From: an uncultured bacterium
GTDB taxonomy: Bacteria > Desulfobacterota_D > UBA1144 > Nemesobacterales > UBA2774
Direction of reading: 5' to 3'
Assembly (NCBI GenBank): GCA_963825135.1
Contig: CAWGRW010000010.1
Coordinates: 96,001-160,000, forward strand
Length of the DNA: 64,000 bases
Shown: piece after piece, positions 62,777 through 64,000 of the stretch
Numbering within the stretch: the stretch's first letter is position 1
Layout of the letters: each line of letters begins with the position of its first letter
Notes under the pieces: model-generated
The model's database searches: none
What the model saw: the letters and a program-made list of their open reading frames with translations, nothing else
What the model was told of the DNA's origin: nothing
Made by a program: the position numbers and the translations under genes

Positions 62777-63570
62777 CACACACGCACGTAGTGCGTTTCT
62801 ACGATCCTTCCGACTCCTCCGCTTCCACAATACTCCCGTATGTCAGCGGCGACACGCCGCCCCGTTCACCCCGAGTGCAGACGAAGGTTTAAAATTCATC
62901 CCCTCCCCCTTGAGGGGGGAAGGCGAGGATGGGGGTGTCACCATTCATCCATTCAATGATGCTTATATCTTTTCCTTCCCCCGACATTACAGAATTTGCG
63001 GCACACATTGTGTGCTCATATACGATTCTTCCGTAACTCCTCTGCTTTCGGCAGGGAATGAGCCCAACCCGTTCACCCTGAGCACGTCGAAGGGTGATTA
63101 TTTCCGACATTACAGAATTTGCGTTAAGAAAATCGATTGTACGAGCGTTAAGAATCTTCCACGGGACGATTCCGAACTAGTAAGGAATCGGACGCCCTAT
63201 CCTTATCAGCAACTTCGGAATTATAATCACGCATCATCAACCCACATCACCATGTGGGGTAGAATTGGAAGATTTAGCGAGTACATGAGATTTTTAGCAC
63301 AATTCTGTAGAGTCTTTTCGGAAACACACTACGTGTGTGATTTTTGCTTCTTTTCATCAAGGAAAAGAAGAGATCAGTTTCGTCTTGCCTTTTCCGTGTC
63401 TTTTCGGAAACCCACTACGTGTGTGATTTTCGCTTCTTTTCATCGAGGAAGAGAAGGATAAAAAAAACAGCCTCTCACCTTTCTTTTCTTTGTCTTTTCG
63501 AAAGACCACACTACGTGTGTTCATCAAGGAAAAGAAGGTTTAAAAAAAATAGCTCTTCACCTTTCTTTGT
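62777..63570 (+). repeat. Composite intergenic repeat block
   Basis: Core with a unique ~88-bp insert. Confidence 0.9.
63166..63253 (+). mobile_element. ~88-bp insert subtype A2 in the core-hairpin loop
   Basis: Same position as subtype A, different sequence, same 5' hairpin architecture. Confidence 0.75.
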
Positions 63571-63768
63571 CCCTAAGAACATCGCCAGGCGCATGCAATC
63601 CGATCACGGATGTCGGAGCGGTCATTCACTCCCCATCCAAACGCAGCTCCGCACCGCGCGGAAAAATAAAATTCCCCCGCTCACTCCTCAGAAACAATTA
63701 TGTTGAATTCTCGACCGTCGGTCCGGCGCGCATGGCGCGCGCACGTTCCCCCGACCCGCGGACGAGTG

Positions 63769-64000
63769 TTAGTGCCCCTTCAGCTTATCGGACCTGTTGT
63801 CCCAGGGCAGATTTACCTCTTTCGGAACCTTCGCCTGCGCAACCGGCGCGAAGCGCTCGAACATCACCTTCTGCACATTGAACATCCTCTTCCCGTCCTT
63901 CTTCCTGAAGTGGAGTATGATGTCCCTGTCGTACTTCTTGTTGCGGGCATGGTATATCTCGTACCTCTCGTCCTCGAACAGGAGTCCGAGAACCCTGAAG
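63769..64000 (-). CDS. 3' end of an unidentified protein (partial)
   Basis: Open frame ...FRVLGLLFEDERYEIYHARNKKYDRDIILHFRKK...LPWDNRSDKLKGH-stop. Confidence 0.65.
   Translation of the reverse strand, partial: FRVLGLLFEDERYEIYHARNKKYDRDIILHFRKKDGKRMFNVQKVMFERFAPVAQAKVPKEVNLPWDNRSDKLKGH

Noticed and set aside
1205..63570. CRISPR array based on the recurring 20-bp CCGACATTACAGAATTTGCG
   Set aside because: Spacing is irregular (about 100 to over 400 bp), the intervening DNA is itself repetitive, and no cas genes are present.

Overview
GC-rich bacterial chromosomal region with about 50 genes. The many IPTL-CTERM proteins hint at a Candidatus Dadabacteria/Thermodesulfobacteriota-like organism, but that is an inference. 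Genes include chrA, ppa, corA, rimK, an arsR-arsC-aquaporin operon, a type III PKS cluster, a type I/ABC export operon and at least 13 paralogous IPTL-CTERM surface proteins. The dominant feature is non-coding. About 23 intergenic blocks of 0.3-1.6 kb are built from co-oriented modules: about 29 copies (hand count) of a ~123-bp imperfect hairpin (CCGACATTACAGAATTTGC...GCAAATTCTGTAGTCGG), about 20 further free copies of its 20-bp left arm acting as joints, and at least six different REP-like hairpin families. Nested in these hairpins are about 22 inserts of ~87-94 bp from about 10 sequence subtypes. They share a covarying 5' hairpin (AAC-7bp stem-~10nt loop-stem-GWCR), show no target duplication, and each subtype sits in its own host repeat. 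In most subtypes the segment right after the hairpin is complementary to the insertion site. This is the best candidate for an undescribed guide-carrying miniature mobile element. No transposase, integrase, reverse transcriptase or Cas gene lies in the window. Several repeat copies and three frameshifts look like long-read consensus noise.
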